A stretch of 59,789 nucleotides of DNA from a bacterium UBP13_UBA5359 (GTDB taxonomy: Bacteria; UBP13; UBA5359): contig DHPR01000035.1 in assembly GCA_002410925.1 (NCBI GenBank), positions 1 through 59,789 on the forward strand, given 5' to 3'. The notes beneath the pieces were generated by a model. The model was not told the origin of the DNA, searched no databases, and was given only the letters and a program-made list of their open reading frames with translations. Made by a program: the position numbers and the translations under genes. Below are positions 1 through 8,943 of the stretch, piece by piece. The first letter of the stretch is position 1, and the number at the start of each line of letters is the position of its first letter.

Positions 1-278
1 AACGAGCGGTGCAATCAACATTTCTATATCTCTATCAAACAGTTTCGGCTTCAAAGATTATGCGCTGGCTCCGGGGCGACATGAGATGGTTGTATAAAAT
101 TCCGGCAAGATCAACAAAGAAAGCGATTCAGCAGCCGTATTCCCCCTCGCGAGGGGAAGGATGTCTCTTCTAGTTTGTAAAACTAAATGCACTACCCCGT
201 TTGTAAGACCGAACGCAACTCCGGGGTGTGCATTTACTTTTTCAAATCAGTTAGATTTTCGATAAGGCAATTCGATTA

Positions 279-308
279 TTGACGCCGCTCCCGGCGCTCT
301 GGTATACT
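279..308 (+). promoter_or_regulatory. sigma70-type promoter for tRNA-Leu
   Basis: TTGACG (279-284), 18 bp spacer, extended -10 TGg-TATACT (303-308), about 40 bp upstream of the tRNA. Confidence 0.7.
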
Positions 309-348
309 GCATTATGAGCGTGAAACACGCTCTTTTTTGCAATAAATC

Positions 349-432
349 GGGGAAGTGGTGGAATGGCAGACACGCTAGACTTAGGATCTAGTGCCGCAAG
401 GTGTGGGGGTTCAAATCCCCCCTTCCCCACCA
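349..432 (+). tRNA. tRNA-Leu (anticodon TAG)
   Basis: Acceptor stem GGGGAAG/CTTCCCC, D-loop TGGCAGAC, anticodon arm CTAGA-CTTAGGA-TCTAG, long variable arm, GGTTCAAATCC T-loop, encoded CCA. Confidence 0.97.
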
Positions 433-438
433 ATTCTT

Positions 439-639
439 TCAGTCCGTTTCTCTGCCATGCGGGGGTGAGCCGGCAGCCTTGTCACTTACGCTGATCCGGA
501 TTTTTGCTTTGGAGATATCCTGCTTGCTTTGCAGAGCGTGATTGCGTACTTCATCATGATCACTGCCACGGCGAAGCATAGCGGTAACTAATAATAACAC
601 GATTGCTGCTACAAGACAGATAATTATTATATTTTGCAT
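439..639 (-). CDS. small single-TM hypothetical membrane protein (66 aa)
   Basis: Hydrophobic N-terminal helix, GCAGGAGG RBS, SigH-like promoter upstream. Confidence 0.65.
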   Translation of the reverse strand: MQNIIIICLVAAIVLLLVTAMLRRGSDHDEVRNHALQSKQDISKAKIRISVSDKAAGSPPHGRETD

Positions 640-659
640 GCTGAACCTCCTGCAAGCAT

Positions 660-690
660 TATTCTGCAGCGGTGTTTCAAATTCCTTTTT
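660..690 (-). promoter_or_regulatory. SigH-like promoter
   Basis: Minus strand reads AAAGGAATTT-gaaacaccgctgc-AGAAT, matching the AGGA...GAAT consensus and its 22-nt spacing. Confidence 0.55.
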
Positions 691-835
691 ATATGCTTTT
701 AATATCAGGGAAATCTCTTGAGGGGCAAGCCTGAACTCTCTTTATGTTCCGCTCTTTTGTTGAGTTTGCCTTAATGCACTTCTGGGTATGACATGATATG
801 CGTCATATCTCGCAGAGAGATATAGAGGAGAATAC

Positions 836-1192
836 TTGATGCTGGAGATCCATCTCGCCGATCCGTTGATCGAACATTTCATAAGGAACGTTGTCAATGA
901 CTTTATTAAATTGGATATAGTACTGTTTTTTAGCAGGGATGGGAGAGGAGAGGCATCGGTTGAAGAGATAGCCCGCTATATCGGAAGGAGCAATGCCGAT
1001 GTAGAAAAAGCTCTCGTAAAGCTGGCGAATTCCGGCCTGGTTGTAGCGGCTCATGATGCAAAGAAGCTATATGGATTGAGCAAGGATAATTCCGTTCGTA
1101 CAAAGATGGAAAGCCTTCTGCGGTTATATGGCAATATAACGGAACGTTTAAAAATAATCTCTATTTTGATTCAGGCATCTGAACAGGTGTAA
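836..1192 (+). CDS. hypothetical winged-helix DNA-binding-like protein
   Basis: SVEEIARYIGRS...VEKALVKLANSGLV wHTH-like pattern; AGAGGAG RBS. Confidence 0.7.
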   Translation: MMLEIHLADPLIEHFIRNVVNDFIKLDIVLFFSRDGRGEASVEEIARYIGRSNADVEKALVKLANSGLVVAAHDAKKLYGLSKDNSVRTKMESLLRLYGNITERLKIISILIQASEQV

Positions 1193-1292
1193 CGTATTGC
1201 TTTCCCAAATAGTGCTTGAGGCAAAAATGAATTGGAGCAAAGGCGGACATCTTTCATTATTAATTGAAGCCGATGCTTGTAAGCCAGTGCAG

Positions 1293-1321
1293 GTAGGATT
1301 TCATACATTTGTGTAGAATTA
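1293..1321 (+). promoter_or_regulatory. SigH-like promoter
   Basis: AGGATTT-catacatttgtg-TAGAATT, AGGA to GAAT distance 21 nt. Confidence 0.5.
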
Positions 1322-1396
1322 AGCTCTTAAGGGCTTTCAAGCACGACGGCTTTGACTGCCCTTGAATAGCCGGATAGGCTTTCGGGGGATGGATAT

Positions 1397-2371
1397 ATGA
1401 GCGATAAGGATCGAATTCTGGTAGTTGACGATGAGAGGCATATCTGTAATCTTCTCTATGAAGTTCTTACAGATGAGGGCTTTCAGGTAGAGACTGCCTG
1501 CGACGGTAATGCGGCAATCAAGCTTTTGCAGGAAAAGAGCTTTGATCTTCTGATGACCGATATCAAGATGCCTTCCATGGACGGCATATCGCTATCCCGT
1601 TGGGTGGATAAGCATTGTGATTTGCCGGTGATTATCCTGACGGGCTTTCCCAGCGAAGAAACCGGCATGGATGCCCTGCGAAGCGGTGTTGCCGATTATC
1701 TGGTAAAACCCTTCGATATCGATCAAATAATTTTGGTTATTCACCGTACTCTCAATCGCGATCGGTTGCGTACTCAGGCTAGAAGACTTAATGATGCCCT
1801 GGATTACGAGATGGCCAGGCTTATCGATTCTGAATCCGATACCGATCATTTACTGGGAATATTGAAACAGGTATCAAGCAGAGTCAAAATTATCTCCACA
1901 GGCAGCATAGCATCGCTATCTCTGGATGCTGAGCCGAGGCTCTTGTCATTGCTGAAAAATAACGCTTCGCTTTTAGGTATAAAGGGCGCATTGCTTATGC
2001 AGCGGGGACAGGAGGAGTTCATCCCAGTGGAGAGCTTTGGCCTCAGTGATCAATATGCCTCTGTATCATTATTTACCGACGAGATCTATTTGGCTGCTCA
2101 GGCCGGTCAACGAGGCGGGGAAGTTGTGATGCGAGATCTGGCATACTGCGGCAATATGATTCACCGTGAGCTTCTTCTTCAGGAGGGGGTAGGTTCCGTA
2201 TACTGCTATCAATTAGGATCGCCACAATGTCGATGCGGCGCCGGAGTTATTTACGGCAGCGGTTCCAACTCTCTTCAGGGAGCCATTAAGAGGGTTATAT
2301 ATCTTCTGCTGGAGCAGGCAGGGCTGGAGATGCGTCAGCGTGAATATCTCAAGCAGCTTAGCGCTGTGTGA
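1397..2371 (+). CDS. response regulator (receiver domain plus GAF-like C-terminal domain)
   Basis: ILVVDDE...TDIKMPSMDG...ILTG...YLVKPF receiver motifs; C-terminus is GAF-like, with no HTH or enzymatic output recognised. Confidence 0.85.
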   Translation: MSDKDRILVVDDERHICNLLYEVLTDEGFQVETACDGNAAIKLLQEKSFDLLMTDIKMPSMDGISLSRWVDKHCDLPVIILTGFPSEETGMDALRSGVADYLVKPFDIDQIILVIHRTLNRDRLRTQARRLNDALDYEMARLIDSESDTDHLLGILKQVSSRVKIISTGSIASLSLDAEPRLLSLLKNNASLLGIKGALLMQRGQEEFIPVESFGLSDQYASVSLFTDEIYLAAQAGQRGGEVVMRDLAYCGNMIHRELLLQEGVGSVYCYQLGSPQCRCGAGVIYGSGSNSLQGAIKRVIYLLLEQAGLEMRQREYLKQLSAV

Positions 2372-2443
2372 AGCAGGAGAGCAAAGGCTTGGCCATAGAA
2401 ATATAAGCCGGAAGCAATACCCTGTTTTTATCATTCGCTATAT

Positions 2444-2472
2444 TTGTATTGTGATTATTACCGTGCTATAAT
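2444..2472 (+). promoter_or_regulatory. sigma70-type promoter for yqzL-like/pheST
   Basis: TTGTAT-17-TATAAT with extended -10 TG. Confidence 0.65.
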
Positions 2473-2508
2473 GCTGATAATTTATTACGTCTGGAGAAGG
2501 ATGTTAGT

Positions 2509-2649
2509 ATGGCTCTGTCGGGGTGGCTGTGGCAGCTCTTCGAACAGTGTGGTTCAGTTAACATCTACCTCTTGTATAAGGATGTAATCGGCTTGCAGAG
2601 TGCAAAGCCGGTGATTGAAAAGAGGTCTTTTTTCAAATGGGGTTTATGA
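2509..2649 (+). CDS. YqzL-like small protein (46 aa, below the ORF-track cutoff)
   Basis: Translates to MALSGWLWQLFEQCGSVNIYLLYKDVIGLQSAKPVIEKRSFFKWGL; W-x-x-F-x-x-x-G-x-x-x-x-YLLYK is the YqzL-family pattern; GGAGAAGG RBS. Confidence 0.7.
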   Translation: MALSGWLWQLFEQCGSVNIYLLYKDVIGLQSAKPVIEKRSFFKWGL

Positions 2650-2703
2650 CTGTATTCTGATATGCAATACAACTGTGAGGTCTGGAAAAGACTTTTTAAG
2701 TGC

Positions 2704-2737
2704 AGTCTACGCTCTGTAAGGGTGTAGGCTTTTTTTT
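2704..2737 (+). terminator. intrinsic terminator/attenuator directly upstream of pheS
   Basis: 12-bp stem AGTCTACGCTCT/AGGGTGTAGGCT with G-U pairs valid only on the + strand, followed by a T-tract ending 5 nt before the pheS RBS. Confidence 0.75.
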
Positions 2738-2757
2738 GGTTTGAGGAGGAGTTTCGA

Positions 2758-3780
2758 TTGATGCAAAAGGATCTATTACGTTTGGAAAGCGAAGCCCGAC
2801 AGCGCTTATCCGGAGTGAGTTCGCTAGCTGAGCTGGAGGAAATACGCCGGAAGTACCTGGGCAAGAAAGGTTCCGTCACGCAATTGCTTAAGAGCCTGGG
2901 CTCCGTTGCTCCGGAAGAGAGACCGGCTTTGGGACAGGCCATAAATGACCTTAAGAATAGAGTGGCTGCAGAAGCGGATGCAGTTATGCTTCGCCTGGAG
3001 GCGGAGGCTGAGCGGATGCGTCTGGAGGCGGAACGCCTTGATATCACTTTGCCGGGACGAGGCCCGATGCAGGGGCGACGGCATCCGCTGACCAGAATAA
3101 TGGATGAAATCAAGAGTATTTTTATAGGATTGGGTTTCCAGATTGCAGAAGGACCGGAAGTAGAAACGGACCGTTATAACTTTGAAGCTTTAAACATACC
3201 TTCCGATCATCCGGCTCGCGACACTCAGGATTCCTTCTATATCAGCGATAGTGTGCTGCTCAGGACACATACCTCTCCGGTGCAGATACACTGTATGGAG
3301 GATGGAGAGCCGCCTTTTCGGTTTATAATGCCGGGGCGTACATATCGAAGAGATGCCGTTACCAGCCGTCACTCGCCTATTTTTCACCAGGTGGAAGGGT
3401 TGGTGATAGACCGTGATGTGACCTTTACGGATCTTAAGGGGATTTTGACGGTTTTTTCCCGGCAAATGTTCGGGCAGGATACCAGAATGCGGTTCAGGCC
3501 GGATTTCTTCCCCTTCACGGAACCGAGTGCCGAGATAGCTGTAAGCTGCTTTGTTTGCAAGGGTAAGGGTTGTCGTCTCTGTTCCGGCAGCGGCTGGCTG
3601 GAGATACTGGGTGCAGGTATGGTTCATCCTAAAGTGATCGCCAATGTCGGTCATGATCCGGAGAAATGGCAGGGCTTTGCCTTTGGCATGGGAGTAGAGC
3701 GTATAGCATTGCTCAAGTACGGCATAGATGATATTAGGCACTTTTTTGAAGGTGATCTACGATTTTTGAATCAGTTTTAA
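2758..3780 (+). CDS. pheS: phenylalanine--tRNA ligase alpha subunit
   Basis: HPARDTQDSF, LLRTHTSPVQ, HSPIFHQVEG, FFPFTEPS, GFAFGMGVER motifs. Confidence 0.98.
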   Translation: MMQKDLLRLESEARQRLSGVSSLAELEEIRRKYLGKKGSVTQLLKSLGSVAPEERPALGQAINDLKNRVAAEADAVMLRLEAEAERMRLEAERLDITLPGRGPMQGRRHPLTRIMDEIKSIFIGLGFQIAEGPEVETDRYNFEALNIPSDHPARDTQDSFYISDSVLLRTHTSPVQIHCMEDGEPPFRFIMPGRTYRRDAVTSRHSPIFHQVEGLVIDRDVTFTDLKGILTVFSRQMFGQDTRMRFRPDFFPFTEPSAEIAVSCFVCKGKGCRLCSGSGWLEILGAGMVHPKVIANVGHDPEKWQGFAFGMGVERIALLKYGIDDIRHFFEGDLRFLNQF

Positions 3781-3958
3781 AATAATATAGATGCAAATAG
3801 GTGAAGGATTACGACACGCTTTATAAAACGAAGAGAGGCAGAGCGTATATTAAGAAGTAAGAAGGAGTAAGCAGCTTAATCTTAAAAAACAAAGCAGAAA
3901 CAATAGGCTGAAGGACATAGCGTCTTGATGCCTGACATTCAAGGAGGCCTGAATAAAT

Positions 3959-6022
3959 ATGAAAGCACCGCTTATGTGGTTGAGCGATTTTGTGGATATA
4001 GATATTGAACCGGCTGAGCTGGCGGATAAATTGACTATGGCTGGTCTGGAGATCGGTAAAGTGGAGACCGGCGAATGGGGCGAGGTCCTGGATGCGGATA
4101 TCACCTCCAACCGAGGGGATTGTCTCTGCATGTTAGGCTTGGCTCGGGAGATATCCGCTTTGCTGGATAAGGATATCAGTGTGCCGTTGACGGAAGCTCC
4201 GGACGGAGAGGATAAGGGCTGGGCAAAGGTAGAGGTTCATGATTATGATTTATGCTCGCGTTATGCCGCCCGGGTTATAGACGGCATAAGAATAGAGCCA
4301 TCTCCGGAGTGGATTCAAAACCGTTTGATCGCCGCCGGTATGCGCTCCATAAATAATATAGTTGATGCCGCCAATTATGTTATGCTGGAACTGGGACAGC
4401 CTCTTCACTCCTTCGATTATACGGAACTCAATGGAAACCGTATAGTAGTACGCCGGGCAGAGCCGGGTGAGCGTATGGTGAGTATAGACGGGGTGGAAAG
4501 GGAACTGGATCCGCAGATGCTGGTCATTGCCGATGCCGAGCAGCCGGTGGCTATAGCCGGTGTCATGGGCGGAGCAGATAGTGAGGTATCCGAGCATACT
4601 GCAACCATATTACTGGAAGCGGCTATCTTCAAGCCGGGATCTGTTCGCCGGACCTCAAAGCATCTGGGACTGCCTACAGAGGCTTCCTATAGATTTGAGA
4701 GAGGTGTGGATCCCGATGGCATCCGACGGGCGCTGGATCGCGTTACAGCTCTGATACTGGAGATGATCCCTGATGCCGCCGTCAGGGATACGGTGGATCT
4801 TTATCCGCAGCCAATACAACCGCAATCTATCTCTCTTCGAATCGATAAAGTTAATTCTCTATTGGGATCTGATCTCAGCCCATCTACCATGTCGGCTCTG
4901 TTGAGACGGCTGCATTTTAATGTTACCGAGCATGAAGAGAAGCTGGAAGTTATCGTGCCCTCTTATCGTCGTGATGTATCCATAGAGGTGGATTTGATAG
5001 AGGAGATAGCCCGCCTTTACGGATACAACAGCTTTGAGAATACTCTACCGGGCAGGCTTTGCCAGCCGGGAGGGAAGAACCGGGAGCAGAAATACGAAGA
5101 TCTGGTTCGCGATATCCTTACAGGCTGTAGTCTGGATGAGACGGTATGCTACAGTCTGACCGACAGATCCTTTTCTGATCGCTTGCTGCTATCTCCTCAG
5201 GATGACCTATGTCGTGCAGTGAAGATCAAAAACCCTTTGACGGAAGACCTGGCAGTGATGCGCACAACTCTGGCTGATGGCTTGCTATCGGTAATAAAAC
5301 GGAATCTGAGTGTCAAGGAGAACGATATTGCTATCTTCGAATTGGGACGCATCTTTCTGGCAAGGCAGGAGAATGACCTGCCGGAGGAGAAGAGCATGGT
5401 AGGAATAGCCGCCAGAGGCAGCTTTTGGGAGAATCGGTGGAATGTGCCTTCCGAAGCTGTAGAGGTGGATTTCTATCAATTGAAATGGATAGTGGAAAAG
5501 CTGCTTGCCGCTTGCGGCATTGAAGATGCATCTTTCACCGTCGGAGCCGCTCCCTGGCTCCATCCCGGCAGGAGTGCCGAGGTTCGTATCGGCGATCGTA
5601 AGCTTGGATATCTTGGGGAGGTACATCCGCGCACGGTGGCGGCATATGATATATCCGGTCCGGTTTACCTGGCGGAGCTGGATTTTGACCTTCTGGTGGC
5701 GGCCGGCAGGCTGGAAAGGCTTTATAGTTCCGTACCTCGGTTCCCGGCAGTAGAGCGTGATATGGCTCTGCTGGTATCTGAAGAGGTTGCTTCTGCCGAA
5801 ATAACCGGCATAATAAGAGAAACGGCCGGAGCTCTATTGGAGAAGGTAGCGTTTTTTGATCTATATCATGGCAAGCAGTTGCCTGAAGGCATGAAGAGCC
5901 TGGCTTATTCAATATACTACCGCAGTCCCGAGCGAACATTAACCGATGAGGAGGTTAATGCTATACAGGAGCGTATCACTCTAGCGCTGGAAGAGCGTTT
6001 GTCGGCTCAATTGCGTAGTTAA
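3959..6022 (+). CDS. pheT: phenylalanine--tRNA ligase beta subunit (short form, no B2 OB-fold)
   Basis: ITSNRGDCL, B3/4 domain, DLIEEIARLYG, C-terminal FDX-ACB (RTLTDEEVN); 687 aa. Confidence 0.96.
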   Translation: MKAPLMWLSDFVDIDIEPAELADKLTMAGLEIGKVETGEWGEVLDADITSNRGDCLCMLGLAREISALLDKDISVPLTEAPDGEDKGWAKVEVHDYDLCSRYAARVIDGIRIEPSPEWIQNRLIAAGMRSINNIVDAANYVMLELGQPLHSFDYTELNGNRIVVRRAEPGERMVSIDGVERELDPQMLVIADAEQPVAIAGVMGGADSEVSEHTATILLEAAIFKPGSVRRTSKHLGLPTEASYRFERGVDPDGIRRALDRVTALILEMIPDAAVRDTVDLYPQPIQPQSISLRIDKVNSLLGSDLSPSTMSALLRRLHFNVTEHEEKLEVIVPSYRRDVSIEVDLIEEIARLYGYNSFENTLPGRLCQPGGKNREQKYEDLVRDILTGCSLDETVCYSLTDRSFSDRLLLSPQDDLCRAVKIKNPLTEDLAVMRTTLADGLLSVIKRNLSVKENDIAIFELGRIFLARQENDLPEEKSMVGIAARGSFWENRWNVPSEAVEVDFYQLKWIVEKLLAACGIEDASFTVGAAPWLHPGRSAEVRIGDRKLGYLGEVHPRTVAAYDISGPVYLAELDFDLLVAAGRLERLYSSVPRFPAVERDMALLVSEEVASAEITGIIRETAGALLEKVAFFDLYHGKQLPEGMKSLAYSIYYRSPERTLTDEEVNAIQERITLALEERLSAQLRS

Positions 6023-6035
6023 CGGAGATGGTGAT

Positions 6036-6521
6036 ATGAAATCGATGGATGTTGCAATAGTTATTCTGATTGCGTCCTTCGCCATAATGGAATCCAGACG
6101 GGGCTTTGCCATGACCCTGATCGATTTTTTCGGCACCATAGCATCCATCAAATTTGCCTGGGCTCTATATCCCAGACTACAAAGCTCCATGGTTGAATGG
6201 TTTCATCTGACGGCACAGGGAGGCAACCTGGCGGCCTGCATAGCTCTATTTACCCTGTTCATAATGGTTACCTTTGTAGGCAGTAAGATCTTTCATGATA
6301 TGACACAACTTTCGCTGGGAGAGGGTGTGGATTCTCTCTTTGCGGTCTTTTTGGGTATTGGCGTAGGTATAGCTGTTCTGCATGGGTATCTGACCATGCT
6401 CAATCAATTCGGGAGTATGGAATGGCAATTTCTGATCAAGGAATCAGCCCTTGCCAGTGAAATAGTGCATTATTATTCTTACCAGAATATAACTAAATTT
6501 TTACTTAATATAGGGGCATAG
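6036..6521 (+). CDS. CvpA (colicin V production) family membrane protein
   Basis: MDVAIVILI...RRGF N-terminal pattern, four TM segments, typical position after pheT. Confidence 0.75.
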   Translation: MKSMDVAIVILIASFAIMESRRGFAMTLIDFFGTIASIKFAWALYPRLQSSMVEWFHLTAQGGNLAACIALFTLFIMVTFVGSKIFHDMTQLSLGEGVDSLFAVFLGIGVGIAVLHGYLTMLNQFGSMEWQFLIKESALASEIVHYYSYQNITKFLLNIGA

Positions 6522-6522
6522 G

Positions 6523-6555
6523 TGTTTGGGATGTAAGCTCGTTTGCAAGTTTAGG
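6523..6555 (+). repeat. 33-bp intergenic motif, copy 1
   Basis: TGTTTGGGATGTAAGCTCGTTTGCAAGTTTAGG; 28/33 identical to 10284-10316. Confidence 0.7.
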
Positions 6556-6578
6556 GGACAGGAGACGGGAGTGCTGGG

Positions 6579-7241
6579 GTGGCTACTCAGCGTTTAAGTA
6601 TGTTTGCAGATTGGGAAGGCAAAAGACAGAAAACAGATATAAAAGGGAAGCCGTTACAGGCTGCTTTCTATAAAGCTTCGACGTCGGATATAGCCGTCTC
6701 TTTACTGGGCAAAGTTCTGCTGCATAACGTTGACGGCAAAATTCTGTCGGGACGCATTGTGGAGACGGAGGCATATCTTTCGCAGGGTGACCCGGCTTGT
6801 CATGCTTCACGAGGCATGACGCCGCGTAATCGCCCCATGTTCGGCCCGCCAGGAAGGGCATATGTCTATTTTATCTACGGCAATCATTTCTGTTTTAATG
6901 TGGTGACGGCAACACAGGGTGTTGGAGAAGCCGCTCTGATAAGAGCGCTGGAACCGCTATCCGGATTGGAAGAAATGTCCGTAATTAGAAATACCATGAA
7001 TAAGCGGTTGCTTTGCAGCGGCCCCGGGCGTCTTTGCCAGGCATTGCGGATAGATGGAAGCTGCAACGAGGCCGATCTTTCAAGCGGCAGGCTCTTGCTT
7101 CTTGATGATGATTATACCTATGATGATATCATTGCTGTTCCCAGGATAGGAATAAAAAGAGCTGCTAATTTACTATTACGTTTCTATCCGGCAGGCAATC
7201 AGTTTGTATCGCGGCCCGGGATACCGAAACAGGAGGTTTGA
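6579..7241 (+). CDS. DNA-3-methyladenine glycosylase (MPG/AAG family)
   Basis: GRIVETEAY, DPACHA, MFGPPGRAYVYFIYGNH, LIRALEP, GPGRLCQAL, PRIGI motifs. Confidence 0.95.
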   Translation: MATQRLSMFADWEGKRQKTDIKGKPLQAAFYKASTSDIAVSLLGKVLLHNVDGKILSGRIVETEAYLSQGDPACHASRGMTPRNRPMFGPPGRAYVYFIYGNHFCFNVVTATQGVGEAALIRALEPLSGLEEMSVIRNTMNKRLLCSGPGRLCQALRIDGSCNEADLSSGRLLLLDDDYTYDDIIAVPRIGIKRAANLLLRFYPAGNQFVSRPGIPKQEV

Positions 7242-8756
7242 ATGCCTGATATCATACTCTTACCGCTCGATAGCCGGCCCTGTAATACGGATCGTCCTCT
7301 TCGGCTGGCTTCGCTGGCCGGCGCTGATTTACTCTTGCCGCCTCGGGAACTGTTGGGCAGGTATACTCGTCCCGGCCGGCCGGATTTGCTGAAAAGCTGG
7401 CTATGGGAAGAGGGGCAAAGCTGCAGAAATTTCATTATCAATCTGGAGATGCTTCTTTACGGCGGCCTTATAGCCTCAAGAAGCTTTGGCACCGCTTTGG
7501 AAGAGGCCGCCTACAGGATGCAGATGCTGTACAGGCTTAAGGAGAGGCAACCCGATATTTCTTTGACTGCGTTCGGTGTTATTCTGCGTTCTACCATTAC
7601 CGTGTCTGATGCCGCGGATATGGAAGTATGGCGGCTGATGCCTCTCTATTCGGAGCTGCTCGGTCGTGTGCACAGCGGTGAGCAAGGGCTGAAGCGTGAA
7701 TTACAGCGCCTGGAAGCAAAGATTCCACTGGAGATCAGGGAAGGCTATCTTACGGTACGTAGGCGAAATCACCATTTAAATATAGCTGCCGTTAAAGCGG
7801 TTTCCGATGGAGTGCTGGATTATTTGGTTTTGGGGCAGGAAGATGCTACGCCACAGGGCCTGCATTGCCTGGAACAGAGAGAGATTATGGATATTATATC
7901 CCGGTCAGGCTTGTCAAACCGAGTTACGCTTCTAAACGGAGCGGATGAACTGGGCGCTTTGTTGACAGCCCGAGCACTGGGCCCCGCCCGGGGAGAGATA
8001 GCTGTGAAGGGCTCTCCTGATGCTTCCTGGGAGTATATTGCCAGGTATGAGGATATGACCATACATGATAATCTGGAGCAACATCTGCATCTTTTGGACT
8101 GGTCTATTGATGCGAAAAGCGACATAGCCCTTATGGTCAATCTGCCGCACAACGAAGAGATGCCGGATATCTTTTTGGGAGAAGAAGCCTCTCCTTCCAT
8201 ATCATACGATTCTTTATACGGTAAAGTCGAAGATTTGCTCAGCAACAAGTCGAAAGTGGGATTGGTCGATCTGGCAGCAGTCAATGGTGCTGATGACAGG
8301 TTGATGTCCGGATTGGCCGAGAGAGGAGCGCTGGGGCAACTGTCTGCTTTTGCCGGGTGGAATACTGCCGGTAATTCTATAGGATATGCCTTGGCTCATC
8401 TTGGTGCGCTGGCGGCAGCCGAAAAGAGGCGTGAACAGGAGGAGATTGCCCGGGATAATGCCGTCATACTTTTGGAGGAGTATGCAGATGATTGGATATA
8501 TCAATCACGTTGCCGCACTGTAACAGTTAATAGTGCGAGGACAAAAGGCATTTCTCCCTTTGATTTAGGGTCATGCCATGCCGAGGTTGAAGCGGAATTG
8601 CAAGCATGTATGAGGATGGAGCTAAGGCAGCTTGAAGAGCAGGTTTCTTTTCCTATGCTTGCAGCCGATATCGGAATAAATTGGGATATTTTTCTGCCCT
8701 GGCCTCGTCTTTTCGAAGTTGGAGTAAGGGCGAGTGCTATATCTGCTGCGCGGTAA
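7242..8756 (+). CDS. DUF4127 family protein
   Basis: LLPLDSRPCN, MLLYGGLIASR, GQED, GADE, AGWNTAGNSIG, LPWPRLFEV motifs. Confidence 0.85.
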   Translation: MPDIILLPLDSRPCNTDRPLRLASLAGADLLLPPRELLGRYTRPGRPDLLKSWLWEEGQSCRNFIINLEMLLYGGLIASRSFGTALEEAAYRMQMLYRLKERQPDISLTAFGVILRSTITVSDAADMEVWRLMPLYSELLGRVHSGEQGLKRELQRLEAKIPLEIREGYLTVRRRNHHLNIAAVKAVSDGVLDYLVLGQEDATPQGLHCLEQREIMDIISRSGLSNRVTLLNGADELGALLTARALGPARGEIAVKGSPDASWEYIARYEDMTIHDNLEQHLHLLDWSIDAKSDIALMVNLPHNEEMPDIFLGEEASPSISYDSLYGKVEDLLSNKSKVGLVDLAAVNGADDRLMSGLAERGALGQLSAFAGWNTAGNSIGYALAHLGALAAAEKRREQEEIARDNAVILLEEYADDWIYQSRCRTVTVNSARTKGISPFDLGSCHAEVEAELQACMRMELRQLEEQVSFPMLAADIGINWDIFLPWPRLFEVGVRASAISAAR

Positions 8757-8943
8757 CTCTTATCAGGTTAACACTTGCAGGTAAGAGAGAGGACGGGTAG
8801 AATAAGCAGTAATAAATAACAGAGCTGGCGAAGGAATTCTGAGATTGATAGCTCATAAACTTGCAAGGGCGTTTCTTCAGGATAATTACCAGCTTGAACC
8901 GTGTCCCGGTTATAAGTAACGAGTGGCGAGAAGGGAGCCGCAA

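Noticed and set aside
349-432. tRNA as an integration site for a genomic island
   Set aside because: No integrase, and I found no duplicate of the tRNA 3' end in the window
251-433. 60-aa minus-strand ORF MVGKGGFEPP...
   Set aside because: It is the reverse complement of tRNA-Leu, a classic false ORF
2473-2757. Canonical T-box riboswitch upstream of pheS
   Set aside because: No GGTGGnACC T-box sequence or recognisable stem I motifs; the region instead contains a coding ORF
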